Program-made: the position numbers and the translations under genes
Part shown: positions 41,432-52,732 of the stretch, piece after piece
Position numbering within the stretch: position 1 is the first letter of the stretch
How the letters are laid out: every line of letters starts with the position of its first letter
The notes under the pieces: generated by a model
The model's database searches: none
The model's input: the letters and a program-made list of their open reading frames with translations, nothing else
What the model was told of the DNA's origin: nothing
Source of the DNA: Terriglobia bacterium
GTDB taxonomy: Bacteria; Acidobacteriota; Terriglobia; 2-12-FULL-54-10
NCBI GenBank assembly: GCA_963666975.2
Contig: CAXVYR010000003.1
Location: 992,001 to 1,056,000 of the forward strand
Reading direction: 5' to 3'
Length of the DNA: 64,000 nucleotides

Positions 41432-43433
41432 TCAACCGTCTTGAATAGCCTGAACTTGATGGCGCTCAGGCTCGTCTTCCAAAGAAACGATGGGCATCGT
41501 CGCGCCAAGGGTGGCGTGCGCAATGTCCACTAGGTGCTCGTGGTGCGTAAAGAAGAGCACCTGGGTCACTGTCCCCAGTTGCCCGAGCACCCGAAAACCT
41601 GCGGCTGCACGCTCGGCGTCGAAGTTAATGAACAGATCGTCGGCGACGAATGGGAGAGGCGGTGCCCGATCCAGGTAGTCAGTAACCGACGCAATACGGA
41701 GCGCGAGGTAAAGCTGGTCAGCGGTACCAGTGCTCATTCCGGGCACGGGTACGGCAGCGCCGTCCGGGCGCACGCCGATCAAATGTGCCCGGTCCTGATC
41801 GTCGAAATCAACGCGAAGGTTGCCGAACGAACCGCTAGTGAGCGTGGAGAAGAGCTGGCCGGCATGCTTGAGCAGGGGCGCTTGCTTCTCGCGTCGATAA
41901 CGGTCGATGGCCCATTGGAGCAGCAGGGCAGCGACGCGAACACGGGCGTACTGTTCCGCCACCGCCCGCATTTCCGCAAGAGCTTCCTGCCGGGCCGCCG
42001 CGGCGCGCGCCGCGGTATCATTGCCGCCGATGGCATCGAATGCTTGCCGGGCCGAGGTACGGTGTTCCCGGGCTTCGAGGAGACGCTCGTGCAACTCCTT
42101 CAACTCTTGCGCCAACGATGTCTCACGAGCTGAAACCTGATCCAGGTCGACGGACTTGCACTCTTCCTCCAACTCCGCGACCGAGAGGCCGTCACCTTCC
42201 GTAAGAAGCGCATTCAGGATCTGCGCCTGTTCCGCCCGTAGCACGCGCAACCGATCCGACTTCTCGATCGCAGCCTTGAGCTGATCGACATCTGTAACAC
42301 CGGCGGTTTCCTGGAGACGACCGATGACTTCGCGTGCGTCACAGCGCGCGGCCTCGCATTCCTCGATCGCCCGCTCAAGGGTGGCGATAGCCTCGTCCTT
42401 CTCCTTCTTAAGGTCCCGTAATCGCTTTGTCTCGGCAAGGCGTCGCTCCAGCTGGAGCACGGCCTCTTCGGGCTCGACCTCGGCCAGATCGGGGGCCACC
42501 GTCCCCGCTAGATGCGCGACGTCCTTGCTGAACGCGGTAACGTCGCGTTCGATCTTGCCGATGCGCTCGTGACGCAGGTCATTCACCTTGACGACGCTCG
42601 TGCGCATTTCATCGATCATATCGACCTGCACGGCAACCGCCTCAGGGTTGACAGCGAGATCGAGTCCCAGCGCATCGAGCGCGTCAGCCCACTGACTCTG
42701 CCACTCCGACCATGCCGACTCGGTCTTCTCAAACGCCTTGTGCTTGCGCTCGGCATCGGCAGCGGACTGACGATGTGCCTCATCCAATTGGCGTCGGCCT
42801 TCGACAGCCCTTTCGTGTTCGCGCAGCATATCGGCTGAGACTTCAAGGACGACAGCAAGCGATTGGCCAGCGAAGGCATCCGTGCTGGTGCTGAGCGCGG
42901 CGAGTTCGTCAAGAACGCTGGCCCGGGCCTCTGCTTCCTGACGACGCAGAACGGCTACCTGTCGCTCTGCCGTCGCCCAGCGCTCGATCGCGCTCAGCGC
43001 CTCCTTGCGTGCGGTCAACCATTCCAGCATTTCGTCTGGCACCAGAGGCTCGAAAGGCGCTTCCGACCACATCTCGCGCCACTCGGCATCGAGAGTCCGA
43101 AGTTGCTCGTCGAGCTTCTCTGCTTCCTTTCGGAGGCTGTGGAGGATCTCCTCCTGTTCCGCGATCTGGCGCGAAGTCACAGCGAGTCGGGCCGCGGCCT
43201 CGGCCTTGTCGAAGCGCAGATCGGCGAGATCGTCGGCGGAGCGCACCGACGCCTCATAAGCGTCCGCCAGTTGATCTTCGGGACCGCCAAAGGCACTAAT
43301 CTCGGCCTCGGGCACAGACATGCCGTCCACATAGCGGCGACGGATCAGCAGCCATCCGGTATCGCGGTGCTCCCGGGCCAGAGTGAGATCGTTGGGGGCG
43401 ACCGCCTCTTCGTCGTGGGCGAGCCGTTCGTAG
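41432..43433 (-). pseudogene. 3' part of a YhaN/AAA_27 SMC-like ATPase, 5' end removed at IS6
   Basis: Long coiled coil, MSTGTADQLYLALR signature, P.VADD..INFD Walker B, QV.FFTHH; no Walker A. Confidence 0.88.
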
Positions 43434-44265
43434 GGATGTGTTGCAACGTTCAAAAAAACAGCAAGAGAGCGACTGGTTGGGTCGACCGAGCTCCGTCTCA
43501 TGCAGCCACCTCGAAGAGCTTGTTGATGAACTGAATCTGTCGCCGAACATGCGAACCGCTCACCCGCCTCGCCTGACCCTTCCGGATCATGTGGATGGCC
43601 TCGTATCCCTGGATCGTTCGCCGCGCCGCGTGGAATTCACGAAAGCCCTGCTTGGCTTTCACGCGTCGTTTGATCGCCCGATGATCCTGCTCCAAGATGT
43701 TGTTCAAGTATTGAACAGGCCGGTGGCGGCAACGGCGCCGCAGGATTCCTTCCTGCTTCACTCCTGAAATCGCCGCCCCGTAGAGGCGGGCTTGGTCCGT
43801 ATTGATAACCCGGGGCTGTCGATGCGACGGATCCGCCAGCGCCTTGCGGAACAGGCGTTTAGCCGTAGCGGCATCGCGCAAACCCGAGAGCATGAAGTCG
43901 ATCGTGGCGCCGGTGGAATCGATGGCTCGGTAGAGGTAGCACCAACGGCCCTTGACTCGAACGTAGGTCTCATCGACACGCCAGGACGTATTGGTTGGCT
44001 TGAGATGACGGCGCAGCCGCTCCTCCAGTGCCGTACCGTAGCGCTGGACCCAGCGCCAGATTGTCGTGTGGTCCGCTTCCAGGCCCCGCTCGCTGAGCAG
44101 TTCTTCGACATCGCGGAACGAGAGCGAGTACTGCAGATACCAGCGCACAGCGCAAAGAATCACCTCGGGCTCGGTTTGTCGCCACTTGAAGATCGCCGGT
44201 CGGATTGTCTTTTTCATGATCTCTTCAGGTTACCAGGCACCGTCGGCCAAAGTTGCAACACAACC
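43434..44265 (-). mobile_element. IS6 family insertion sequence (transposase 43498-44217)
   Basis: IRs GGATGTGTTGCAAC / GGTTGTGTTGCAAC; VRWY, WRVDETY, LNN.LEQDHR; flanks not duplicated. Confidence 0.93.
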
Positions 44266-44699
44266 AACATGCTCAACGCGTCATGAATTGAGGTTAGGGA
44301 GACAACTTCATGCACCTCCATCTCGTCCGTTACCCACAGCACGCCGCGGACCTCTATTCCGCTGCCTTCCGCGATCCGCCTCAACAGTCTGTCGCCTGTC
44401 AACAGGATGCAATTCTCGATGTGTTCCGCAAGCGTCAACGCGAAACAGTCGTTCAGCTTGAGCCTGGCGTGCTCATTGAAGTAACGGGCCGCCCGCTCTA
44501 CAAGCGGTCCAGGCAAACTTCGCACGCCCAGCCCCAGGTCACTCAGCGCACGCTTTTCCGCATTGCTCAAGCACAGCCACTCATCCTCGAATAAAGTGTC
44601 GGGCATCACGAACTCGTATGGCAACCGCAACAGTGCTTCCATAAGACCGGCCTTCCTAAGGTCGATCATGCAGCTTGTGTCACTGACTACGATACGCAT
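44266..44699 (-). pseudogene. PIN-domain protein, 3' end truncated by IS6
   Basis: VSDTSCMIDL, D..AL..A, LLTGD..LR, GVLW; reading frame runs into the IS6 IR. Confidence 0.8.
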
Positions 44700-45774
44700 T
44701 GCCTTCGGCAGGTCCTTTCAGTCCTTTTTCGATTTCTGCCAAAGGCTGTTGCAAGAGTTCACCCGCCTTGGCTGGCGTTATGAATCCTTCAGCCAGTGCC
44801 CAATAGCAAAACCTTTCAAAACGACGGGGAATTTCGTGTTCGCCTTCCTGTCCTTCTGGCTCCAGGGGGGCCGGTTCTATGGCCCGCCATTTCCTGGCGA
44901 ACGTCTGGAAAGCATAAGCAAGTGCCGATTGATCGATAATCCCCAACTGCCGCAATCGCACCAAGAGAGCCGCTGCGCTCACACGGTACATACGTTTCAG
45001 ATCGACGATTTCTTTATATCCCAGGGCGTTTCTCTGCTTTCCGATCTCCCGCACAAGATGATCTTCAGGAATAAGAAAGGCCCCGGCGAAGATGTTCGCT
45101 GCCTTCTCGGGATCAACCGGACAAGATTCATCGATCAGCCGGTGGGCCAGTTCGTGCGCGAGCGTCAATCGTCGCCTCTCAAGCGTCATCCCCTTGTTCA
45201 CCACAATCACGGGCAACCTGTTCTTCTGCCGCGGTCGGCGTACAAGACAGGTGAGCCCGGAAACACGGCCGGGCAGGGGGATGAGAAGGACTTTGATTCC
45301 CCGGTCTTCCAGCAACGAAGTCATGTTCGGGATCGGATCGATGCCTAGCTCCCACTCCTTTCGCAGATCCTGCGCCAGGATCTCTCCCTCATCTTCCTGT
45401 CCCAGAAATCGTTTGCCGTGTCGCGGAACCCTCCAAGCCCCGCTATCCGGCTCCAGGACTTCCTCGACTGCGATATATCGCTGAAGACGGTCAATAACTT
45501 CCGCCTCGACACGCGTTCGGTCCCGGGCGCTTGTGCCTGCCAGTTTCCGGAACTCGACAGCTTCAAGCTCCTCAACCTGTTCGCTGAGCAGATATTCCAA
45601 CGACACGCCAAGCGTCTTAGCCATGTGAATCAGCACGCCCGAACTTGGCATCATCTCGCCACGCTCGTATTTCCCGATGGCCTGGGCGGTTACCTCGACG
45701 CTGAGCGCACCCGCCAGCCCCCGCAACGAATACCCGGTCTTTTTCCGGGCGAGCTTAAGCCGATCTCCAAACAT
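44680..45774 (-). CDS. XRE HTH fused to ImmA/IrrE (M78) metallopeptidase
   Basis: N-terminal HTH (RLKLARK..G.SL..LA...I.KYE.G), TLAHELAH, E..AN.FAGAFL.P. Confidence 0.92.
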   Translation of the reverse strand: MFGDRLKLARKKTGYSLRGLAGALSVEVTAQAIGKYERGEMMPSSGVLIHMAKTLGVSLEYLLSEQVEELEAVEFRKLAGTSARDRTRVEAEVIDRLQRYIAVEEVLEPDSGAWRVPRHGKRFLGQEDEGEILAQDLRKEWELGIDPIPNMTSLLEDRGIKVLLIPLPGRVSGLTCLVRRPRQKNRLPVIVVNKGMTLERRRLTLAHELAHRLIDESCPVDPEKAANIFAGAFLIPEDHLVREIGKQRNALGYKEIVDLKRMYRVSAAALLVRLRQLGIIDQSALAYAFQTFARKWRAIEPAPLEPEGQEGEHEIPRRFERFCYWALAEGFITPAKAGELLQQPLAEIEKGLKGPAEGNAYRSQ

Positions 45775-45803
45775 ACGTCTCCTTATCTATTAGGCTTGTA
45801 GGC

Positions 45804-45846
45804 TTGCAGTTTACACTTTTAAATCTTATAGTGGAATTGTAAACTG
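45804..45846. promoter_or_regulatory. Putative sigma70 promoter overlapped by a palindromic operator
   Basis: TTGCAG-N17-TATAGT (45804-45832, + strand) and CAGTTTACA-N22-TGTAAACTG (45807-45846) in the divergent intergenic region. Confidence 0.55.
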
Positions 45847-45917
45847 ATGGCCGAGGCCCTGTCAACTTTGTATGGCAAGTGCTGGAGCCAGATGAAGTTT
45901 TATAAAATCAGGAGGTT

Positions 45918-46145
45918 ATGATGAGCAAGCGCAACCAGCATGTTGTTCCCCATGACGACGGATGGGCAGTACGCGGTGCCGATAGTCAGCGTGCAACGTC
46001 CATTCACCGCACGCAGCAGGACGCGATAGATGCGGGGCGCGAGATCGCCCGTAACCAGGGCAGCGAACTTTTCATTCACGGCCGCGACGGCCGCATCCGT
46101 GACCGAGATTCTCACGGGAACGATCCGTTTCCGCCGACAGGTTGA
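45918..46145 (+). CDS. DUF2188 family protein
   Basis: HVVP...GWAV......RA...TQ..AI...R.IA......IHG.DG.IR; AGGAGG RBS. Confidence 0.9.
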   Translation: MMSKRNQHVVPHDDGWAVRGADSQRATSIHRTQQDAIDAGREIARNQGSELFIHGRDGRIRDRDSHGNDPFPPTG

Positions 46146-46210
46146 AAACTCGGGAAAGGTTTCCATTGACCAAACACGACAAGCTGGGGCCGCCTATAGG
46201 CGCTACCCTA

Positions 46211-49200
46211 ATGGATCACGCCCACAGGAAAGCGAATCCTCAGACTTCTGCGCCGGAGAGGCTCCGGCGCTATGAAACAGAAGCACCCGAATCCGAAGAC
46301 CTGACGCTCTCGTTGGACGCCTTTATTCGTTCGGTCGCCGTAAGGCGTGCCACAGCCCATACGATGTTTCTGGGAGCCGGAGCGTCAGTCAGTTCCGGCG
46401 TGCCATCGGCGGAGACCTGCATCTGGGAATGGAAACGCAGCATTTTCGCGACAAATAATCCAGGTCTTGAAGACCAATTCTCCGAACTGTCCCTTCCCAG
46501 CGTCCGGAAGCGCATCCAGAGCTGGCTGGACCGCCAGGGCGGTTACCCGGCTCTCGACAGCCCAGAAGAATACAGTTTCTACATCCAATGCTGCTATCCG
46601 ATTAGCGGCGACCGCCGTGCCTATTTCCAGGAAAAGATCCGCGCGGCCAAGCCCCATGTTGGCTATCACATGCTTTGCCATTTGGCACAGGCGGGTTTCT
46701 TGCGTTCAACATGGAGTCCGAATTTCGACGGACTTGTAGCCCGCGCCTCGGCCGCTTTCGAACTGACCGCGCTTGAAGTAGGCCTCGACACACAATCGCG
46801 TCTTGTCCGACAACTGAACAAGGGCGAGATTCTTTGCGTCGCTCTTCACGGAGATTATCGCTACGACAAACTGAAAAACACGTCCAAAGAACTTCAGGAA
46901 CTGGAGACCGCGCTACAGAGTGCACTGATTGACGAACTCCAGAATACACCGTTGATCGTCGCCGGTTACAGCGGCCGTGACGAGTCAATCACAAAGACTT
47001 TCGAAGCTGCCTACGCCAAGCAGGGCACCGGGGCACTTTATTGGTGCGGCTTCAGCGACGGGGACATTCCCGATCATGTTGCTCGGCTGATCCGACGGGC
47101 ACGTGCTGCCGACCGGGACGCCTTCTACGTTCCATCCTTGGGATTTGACGATCTGATGACTAGGCTGGCTCTGCACTGTCTCGAAGGTGTCGCCCGCAAA
47201 GCGGCGCGGGAAGCCCTTGCCCAGATTGCGCCGGAAGATCTATTGAGGCGCAGCTCTTTCCAGGTCGACAGCCTCCCCACCACCACGCTCATCAAGAGCA
47301 ACGCCTTCGAAATCGAATGCCCGTCCGAACTCCTCCGGTTTGATCTCAAGAGTTGGCCGAATTCGAGCACATGGACATGGCTTCGGGAACAAACAGCCGG
47401 TCATTCGGTCGTCGCAGTTCCGCTTAGAGGCAAGATCCTCGCTGTCGGCCTCGTTGATGATGTCAGGGACATATTCGGCGACAACGTCAAGGGAGAGATC
47501 GAACGTACACCGGTAGCTCCGGAAGAATACCGATTCATGGACGGCGCAGTCGTCGGCCTCATGCGCGACTCCCTTACGGCGGCAATGGCAAGCACCATCG
47601 GCGTCAGCGCCGAGCGCTCCGTAATGTGGCTTCCTGACGTAATCAAGACGGAACAGCACGGCGGCGTGCGCTGCATTGCTCATCCATCCGTGGTCATCTT
47701 CCTCCGGCGGATCGGCGGCAAACAATATCTCGTTCTCAAACCTTCGCTCAAGGTACTTGACGGCAATGGCGATCCGGTCCCACGTGAGCTTGCCGACCCG
47801 ATCAAACTCAGCACGCTGAGCGGCCAATATAACAAGCCCTTCAACCAGGCCATGAACAGCTGGCGCAAGAAGCTGTTTCCCAAGACTGGCCGGGCAGTCT
47901 TCGAATATCCGCGCGGCTGTGGCTCGCCATTCCGCTTCAAGGTATGGCGCTCCCCTATTTTCGCGGAAATCGGCAAGGAAAGTGCCCGCGTGATCACGCC
48001 TCCGGAATCGCTCAAATCCCTGTTGAAGCATCGCGGCGTCGAACTTAACGAGCCGCGTCTTCTCTTCTCGAACCGCCAGGGCTCCCGTACGGTCACGGAT
48101 ACGCATCCAATCCGCGGCGTTGTTACGAACAGGCCATATGACTATCCCCTTACATCACGCGGCTTGCTGTCGGTGATCAAGGTTGCCATTGTCTGTCCAA
48201 GAGAGGACGCACACACACTCGCATCCTACCTCGCCAATGCCCAACGCGTCCACAGACCGGGGCACACTGAGACAGATTATCTGATCGACTATCCCGGTTT
48301 TCAGCAAGCATATGGGCTGCCGCTCAACGTGCCGCAGCCAGCAGAAGCGGGGTGGGTGACCTGTCCCGAACTGACAGAAACCGATCCTCGCCGCGCCGCT
48401 GTGGAGATCGCCAATCAGATCAATAATGCTATCCAGAGTCTACAATCGTCCTACGCGCCGCAAGTCATACTTATATTCTTTCCGGCGCGCTGGAATGCTT
48501 TTCGGGGATACAGGAGCGAACACGAACGTTTCGACGTTCACGATTTCGTCAAAGCCTTCTGCGTACAAAGGGGCGTCGCGACACAGTTCCTTAATGAGAG
48601 CACGCTTTCGGACCAGCAGCAATGCCGCGTCTGGTGGTGGCTCTCACTCGCGCTGTACGTGAAGGGCATGCGCACGCCCTGGGTGCTCGACAATCTCGGT
48701 CAAGACACGGCCTTCGTCGGCCTTGGGTTCAGTATTGATCGGACAGCAGACCGGGGCCGTCATGTCGTTCTCGGTTGCAGCCACATCTACAGCGACCGGG
48801 GAGAAGGCCTGCAATATCGTCTCAGTAAGGTCGAAGACCCGATCGTGCGGGGCCGCAATCCGTTCATGTCCAAGGATGACGCGCGCCGTGTCGGTGAGAC
48901 GATCCGGGAATTGTTCTACGAGTCCCGTGCCAAGCTTCCCCGTCGCGTCGTGCTCCATAAACGAACTCCTTTCCTGCAAGTTGAACGCGAAGGTCTGCTT
49001 GACGGTCTGGGCGGTGTTGAATGTATCGACATGCTCGAAATCCAAACAGAACACGCCTTGCGCTATGTCGCTTCGGTTAGTCGGAACGGCCGGATCGATG
49101 AAGACAACTATCCCGTCCGCCGCGGCACAGTCGTGCAGCTAGACGACTACAGTGCACTACTCTGGGTTCACGGCGCAACGCAGGCCGTCAATCCAAAGAT

Positions 49201-49441
49201 GAAGTATTTTCAGGGTAAGCGGCGAATTCCAGCGCCCCTAATCGTGCGACGGCACGTTGGACATACGGACCTTGCGCAATGTTCTGAAGAATTGCTCGGC
49301 CTGTCGAAGATGAACTGGAACACGTTTGACCTGTACACGAAGGATCCGGCCACCCTGCATTCGTCGACTGAGATCGCACGCATCGGATCTCTGCTGCAAC
49401 GTTTCGGTAGCCAGTCCTACGACTACCGGCTGTTCATATAG
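46211..49441 (+). CDS. Fused SIR2-APAZ-prokaryotic Argonaute (SPARSA-type, catalytically inactive PIWI); start uncertain
   Basis: SIR2 motifs LGAGAS..SG.P, NFD, LHGD, GYSG.D; MID motifs HD.VK, G.ATQF, LYVK; PIWI AFVGLG / VVLHKR lacking the DEDX tetrad; LSKMNWN; C-terminal DYRLFI. Confidence 0.92.
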   Translation: MDHAHRKANPQTSAPERLRRYETEAPESEDLTLSLDAFIRSVAVRRATAHTMFLGAGASVSSGVPSAETCIWEWKRSIFATNNPGLEDQFSELSLPSVRKRIQSWLDRQGGYPALDSPEEYSFYIQCCYPISGDRRAYFQEKIRAAKPHVGYHMLCHLAQAGFLRSTWSPNFDGLVARASAAFELTALEVGLDTQSRLVRQLNKGEILCVALHGDYRYDKLKNTSKELQELETALQSALIDELQNTPLIVAGYSGRDESITKTFEAAYAKQGTGALYWCGFSDGDIPDHVARLIRRARAADRDAFYVPSLGFDDLMTRLALHCLEGVARKAAREALAQIAPEDLLRRSSFQVDSLPTTTLIKSNAFEIECPSELLRFDLKSWPNSSTWTWLREQTAGHSVVAVPLRGKILAVGLVDDVRDIFGDNVKGEIERTPVAPEEYRFMDGAVVGLMRDSLTAAMASTIGVSAERSVMWLPDVIKTEQHGGVRCIAHPSVVIFLRRIGGKQYLVLKPSLKVLDGNGDPVPRELADPIKLSTLSGQYNKPFNQAMNSWRKKLFPKTGRAVFEYPRGCGSPFRFKVWRSPIFAEIGKESARVITPPESLKSLLKHRGVELNEPRLLFSNRQGSRTVTDTHPIRGVVTNRPYDYPLTSRGLLSVIKVAIVCPREDAHTLASYLANAQRVHRPGHTETDYLIDYPGFQQAYGLPLNVPQPAEAGWVTCPELTETDPRRAAVEIANQINNAIQSLQSSYAPQVILIFFPARWNAFRGYRSEHERFDVHDFVKAFCVQRGVATQFLNESTLSDQQQCRVWWWLSLALYVKGMRTPWVLDNLGQDTAFVGLGFSIDRTADRGRHVVLGCSHIYSDRGEGLQYRLSKVEDPIVRGRNPFMSKDDARRVGETIRELFYESRAKLPRRVVLHKRTPFLQVEREGLLDGLGGVECIDMLEIQTEHALRYVASVSRNGRIDEDNYPVRRGTVVQLDDYSALLWVHGATQAVNPKMKYFQGKRRIPAPLIVRRHVGHTDLAQCSEELLGLSKMNWNTFDLYTKDPATLHSSTEIARIGSLLQRFGSQSYDYRLFI

Positions 49442-49526
49442 ACGGTCGGTTAATCGTGCCGGCCTTAAGCACGCGCGATCATTGTGAGATGCTGCTCCTG
49501 ACCCAGCCATTCTTCCTCGAGGAAAC

Positions 49527-49635
49527 TGACCTGACCGGCGCTTAATGTACCAGGTGGAAAGAGAGAGAATCCACTTGAGGAGGAAGTCAGGTCATGCCAA
49601 CCCGGAATTACAAACCAGAGCAGATCGTAGGGGTA
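49527..49635 (+). pseudogene. IS3-family left-end remnant
   Basis: TGACCTGACC end, GAGGAGG RBS and MPTRNYKPEQIV orfA-like start, then breaks off. Confidence 0.5.
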
Positions 49636-50119
49636 TTGAAGCCTTAATTCTCCCACGCGTCTTAAACAAAACCACGGGAGGGGTAAGCAGCTCGACTCGC
49701 GGAACAAATTGTACGACAAGAGACTTTGTCGTGCTTTATATTACTGTGCTCCGATCCCAGCCGTAGCCGTCCGCTAGCACATCTACGCGAATAAAAACAG
49801 TAGCTACTGACCAGACCGATCTTTTGTACCAATCCTAGTGAGAGAGCTTACATCACAGCCTGGGGCTGCGAAATCAGGTTCCAGATAGGGGTATAGGCCC
49901 TTGAGTGGGAATAGCAATCTCCCGCGTATGCGATCTTCAAACAGAGTATCTACCCACGGCAGTCGCTCCCAGGAACCTCCTGCTGTGCCAAAAATGTGTC
50001 AGAAATGCAAGTCAAGCAGCCTAAAAGGGTTATGTGCTGAGCGAAAGCAGAGTCCCTGAATGGGTGTAAAGCTATGGAAAATAAGGGAGAGAGTGAAAGG
50101 AGAAGAAGAGAGGTAGCCA

Positions 50120-50159
50120 CTTGTAAGGCAGGTGCTCTAACCAACTGAGCTAACCCCCC
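50120..50159 (-). other. tRNA-Val(TAC) 5' half (att-like remnant), copy 1
   Basis: Reverse complement GGGGGGTTAGCTCAGTTGGTTAGAGCACCTGCCTTACAAG; homology stops after the anticodon loop. Confidence 0.85.
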
Positions 50160-50284
50160 CATACGTGCACCCTAACATGAGGGGTCCCGAGATTTCGTAC
50201 CAAGGTCAGGGTGAGTCTTGCGGGCTTTGCCAGCCCATCGGATCGCGGCGGGGATTGCCCCGCCGCTCTCTGATGCACGTCGCA

Positions 50285-50533
50285 CTAGGCCGCCGGCTGC
50301 GGCTCCTCTTCTTGCTGAAGCTCGAAGATGCGCGAGTGGGCCAGATCGGCCACTTTGGCAAGCAGCAACAGGTCGTTGCGACTGAAGCTCTGCGTGCTCT
50401 TCCATTGATCGTTGTCCTTGTAGAGGCGAGAGAAGGTGACATTGTGCCTCGTGCGGCCATCGGTTCCGTTCGGCCAAATCGCAGCCTTGACGCGACCGAT
50501 ACGGACTTCAGAGATGGGTTTGGGGTTAGCCAT
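50285..50533 (-). CDS. Small putative ssDNA-binding protein (PC4/YdbC-like)
   Basis: RIGRVKAAIW.N...V.FSRLYKD..WKST.SF...DL pattern; AGGAGG RBS. Confidence 0.7.
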   Translation of the reverse strand: MANPKPISEVRIGRVKAAIWPNGTDGRTRHNVTFSRLYKDNDQWKSTQSFSRNDLLLLAKVADLAHSRIFELQQEEEPQPAA

Positions 50534-51208
50534 GATGTGTTTCCTCCTGAAAGTTTAAGGGTTTGTGAGCGTTTCCGCTCACCCGCAAATGGCGGAAACG
50601 GCCAAACCCTGACACGGGAGGAACAGCGCCGCCAAGCCAGTGACGGGCAGGGCCGACAAGGGCAAGAGCGAGTGACAGACGCCTGCCAGGCGAGGGGACC
50701 GTTCTGGCGCGAGCCTTGCGTCGGAACAAACCGGAACCAGCGAAGGCCAGCGGCAAATGGCGCAACCCCACACCCGTTCTCCGGTCGTAGGCGGCAAGCC
50801 AGATTGGGGAATTGCAACCTGGACGGGGCACCTGGAACTTGACCGCTATCTTCCGGCGAATGGAACGCAGCGCGAAGGAAATTCCAGGATGGATTCTTGC
50901 CAAAGTGAACGGTGTGGGGCCACAAGCTTCATCGCAGCAGGAAGCCTCGCCAGGGCAACACGCGCATCAGCGGGGGAGTAGTCCCCGGCGCTTCCGCTCT
51001 CACTTTCCAGCTCGGAATATAGGGGCTTCGATCAGGTGCAGTTGCTCTGCAAACATTTGGTGCTGTGCTGCGCTACACGCTGTCTTGAAGTGCGGTGCAC
51101 GGAGACCGGCACATCAACACTGAGCCTTTTGTCGGCTCATGGGTCTTCGCCTGCTGGACGTTCTTACGTGGCTGTATGCAACCGATTGCCCTGTCAACGT
51201 GATGGGTT

Positions 51209-51646
51209 TTACCGGTCCCGCCCCGGATCGTTCCTGACCCAGATATCCCGTTCCACCGGCTCACGCTTGCAGATCGCCTCCAGGACCGCCAGTAGGTGCT
51301 CCTGCGTGATATTGGAAGGCGTGTACGGTGGCCCGTTCAGATCGAACAGGATTTCAGCTTCCGGTTCTGTCAGCCCCAGCCACCGGGAAGCCCATTCCAG
51401 TCTCTCGATATCCTCCGACTCTCCCGCCCGGCCAGCAAGTCTGTAGCGCCTATCCGTTTCAGGCTCGTATCCTGCGATGTCGGATGCCACCCGAAGCATT
51501 TTCTCCATATCGAATGCGTCCCAGGACCGCACCGCTTCGATCAGCCGGTTCACATTGTCCACCTTCAGGCTTCGCGCCGATGAAGTCACGTATTTGTCCT
51601 CTGTGGCGACCCCCGGCAGAACTGCGCTTCTCCGGTCTGGTTGCAT
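51209..51646 (-). CDS. Hypothetical protein
   Basis: ORF with GGAGG RBS and globular-looking composition. Confidence 0.4.
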   Translation of the reverse strand: MQPDRRSAVLPGVATEDKYVTSSARSLKVDNVNRLIEAVRSWDAFDMEKMLRVASDIAGYEPETDRRYRLAGRAGESEDIERLEWASRWLGLTEPEAEILFDLNGPPYTPSNITQEHLLAVLEAICKREPVERDIWVRNDPGRDR

Positions 51647-52732
51647 GGAGCCTCCGGAAGAATAACTTTTCCTTGATTTTTTCAACGCTGGGGATGGTTT
51701 GTCAATAAAGTTCTGTATGTAGTCCGGACAATTGCTTGGCGCCGTGCGATTTCCGCCCCCCCTTCTACAGGGTCCTCGCGTGGTGGCGCTTGAACCACTG
51801 CTCGGCGTTGCGCTCAATCCCGTCATGGTCGGCAAGAACTTGGTCGAGCATCATGAGCAACTCCAGGACTAGGATGGGAAGTGCCTCCCGGTGAAGACAG
51901 AGCGACCTGCCGGCTCGATGCGGCACTTCAGGACCGGCCCGTCCAACTCGGGATTCCAACCGAGACGGAGTGGATCAAAGGAGGAATGGGGAGCGAGCTG
52001 CGGGGGCAGGTGGAGGGCATCAAGCGCTGGTATCGCAACGACTGGATCGCGCTCGACAACGTACTGCGCAACCCATAGAGCGGGGCTGCGGCAGCAACCA
52101 CCGTCAAGAAACCGTCAGAAAACTCGTCCATCAAGCGGGCTAGGCGTAGGCGTTGCGAGCGAAAGCAGACGCCCCAAAACCGTGTAAGAGCAACGAAAGG
52201 AAAGAGTTGGGAGAAAACCGTGGAAGACGCCAGCCTTCCTCTGGAGCATTCCCGTAAAGGTACATGCCGCCACCGTAAACTGCATACTTGCGGCGCCATA
52301 GGCCCGTGTCGCGCTAAGGAGGTAAGAGACATGGTACCGTCATTACATAGATCACTCGTGGCGTGGATGAGCATTGTGCTGCTTTGGCCTCTATCAATGA
52401 GCGAAGCTCAAACCAAAGAGACGGAAACAAATCCCAGCATTTTCTCGCTGACGGAAGCACGCGCCGTTTTTTGTTCAAATGGCGATTGAGCCGTCGCAGC
52501 AAGCTCCTACCGCGCGCTCAACTCTGTATAAGACAGCGCTCCCTAACGCGGCAGGTACAATCGAAGTATGCGCGGTTCCTGTGGACAATAGCAACTTGGG
52601 TTTATACACGCGGGGATGGACCCTAACCCGCATTTCCAGTTTGAAACTGTAGAAGCAACCTTCGACTAGCCTCCAACATCAATATTGATGCTGGTTTCAG
52701 CATCAACATTGGCGTGCGGAGGTATACACCGA

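Noticed and set aside
43434-43501. N-terminus of the 689-aa ORF 41432-43501
   Set aside because: The first ~23 codons come from IS6 terminal sequence, not from the YhaN-like gene
46142-49441. Catalytically active long pAgo slicer
   Set aside because: PIWI tetrad positions read GLG and HKR rather than acidic residues; the SIR2 domain is the likely effector
50120-50159. Functional tRNA-Val genes at 50120 and 58641
   Set aside because: No 3' anticodon stem, T-arm or acceptor 3' strand follows either copy
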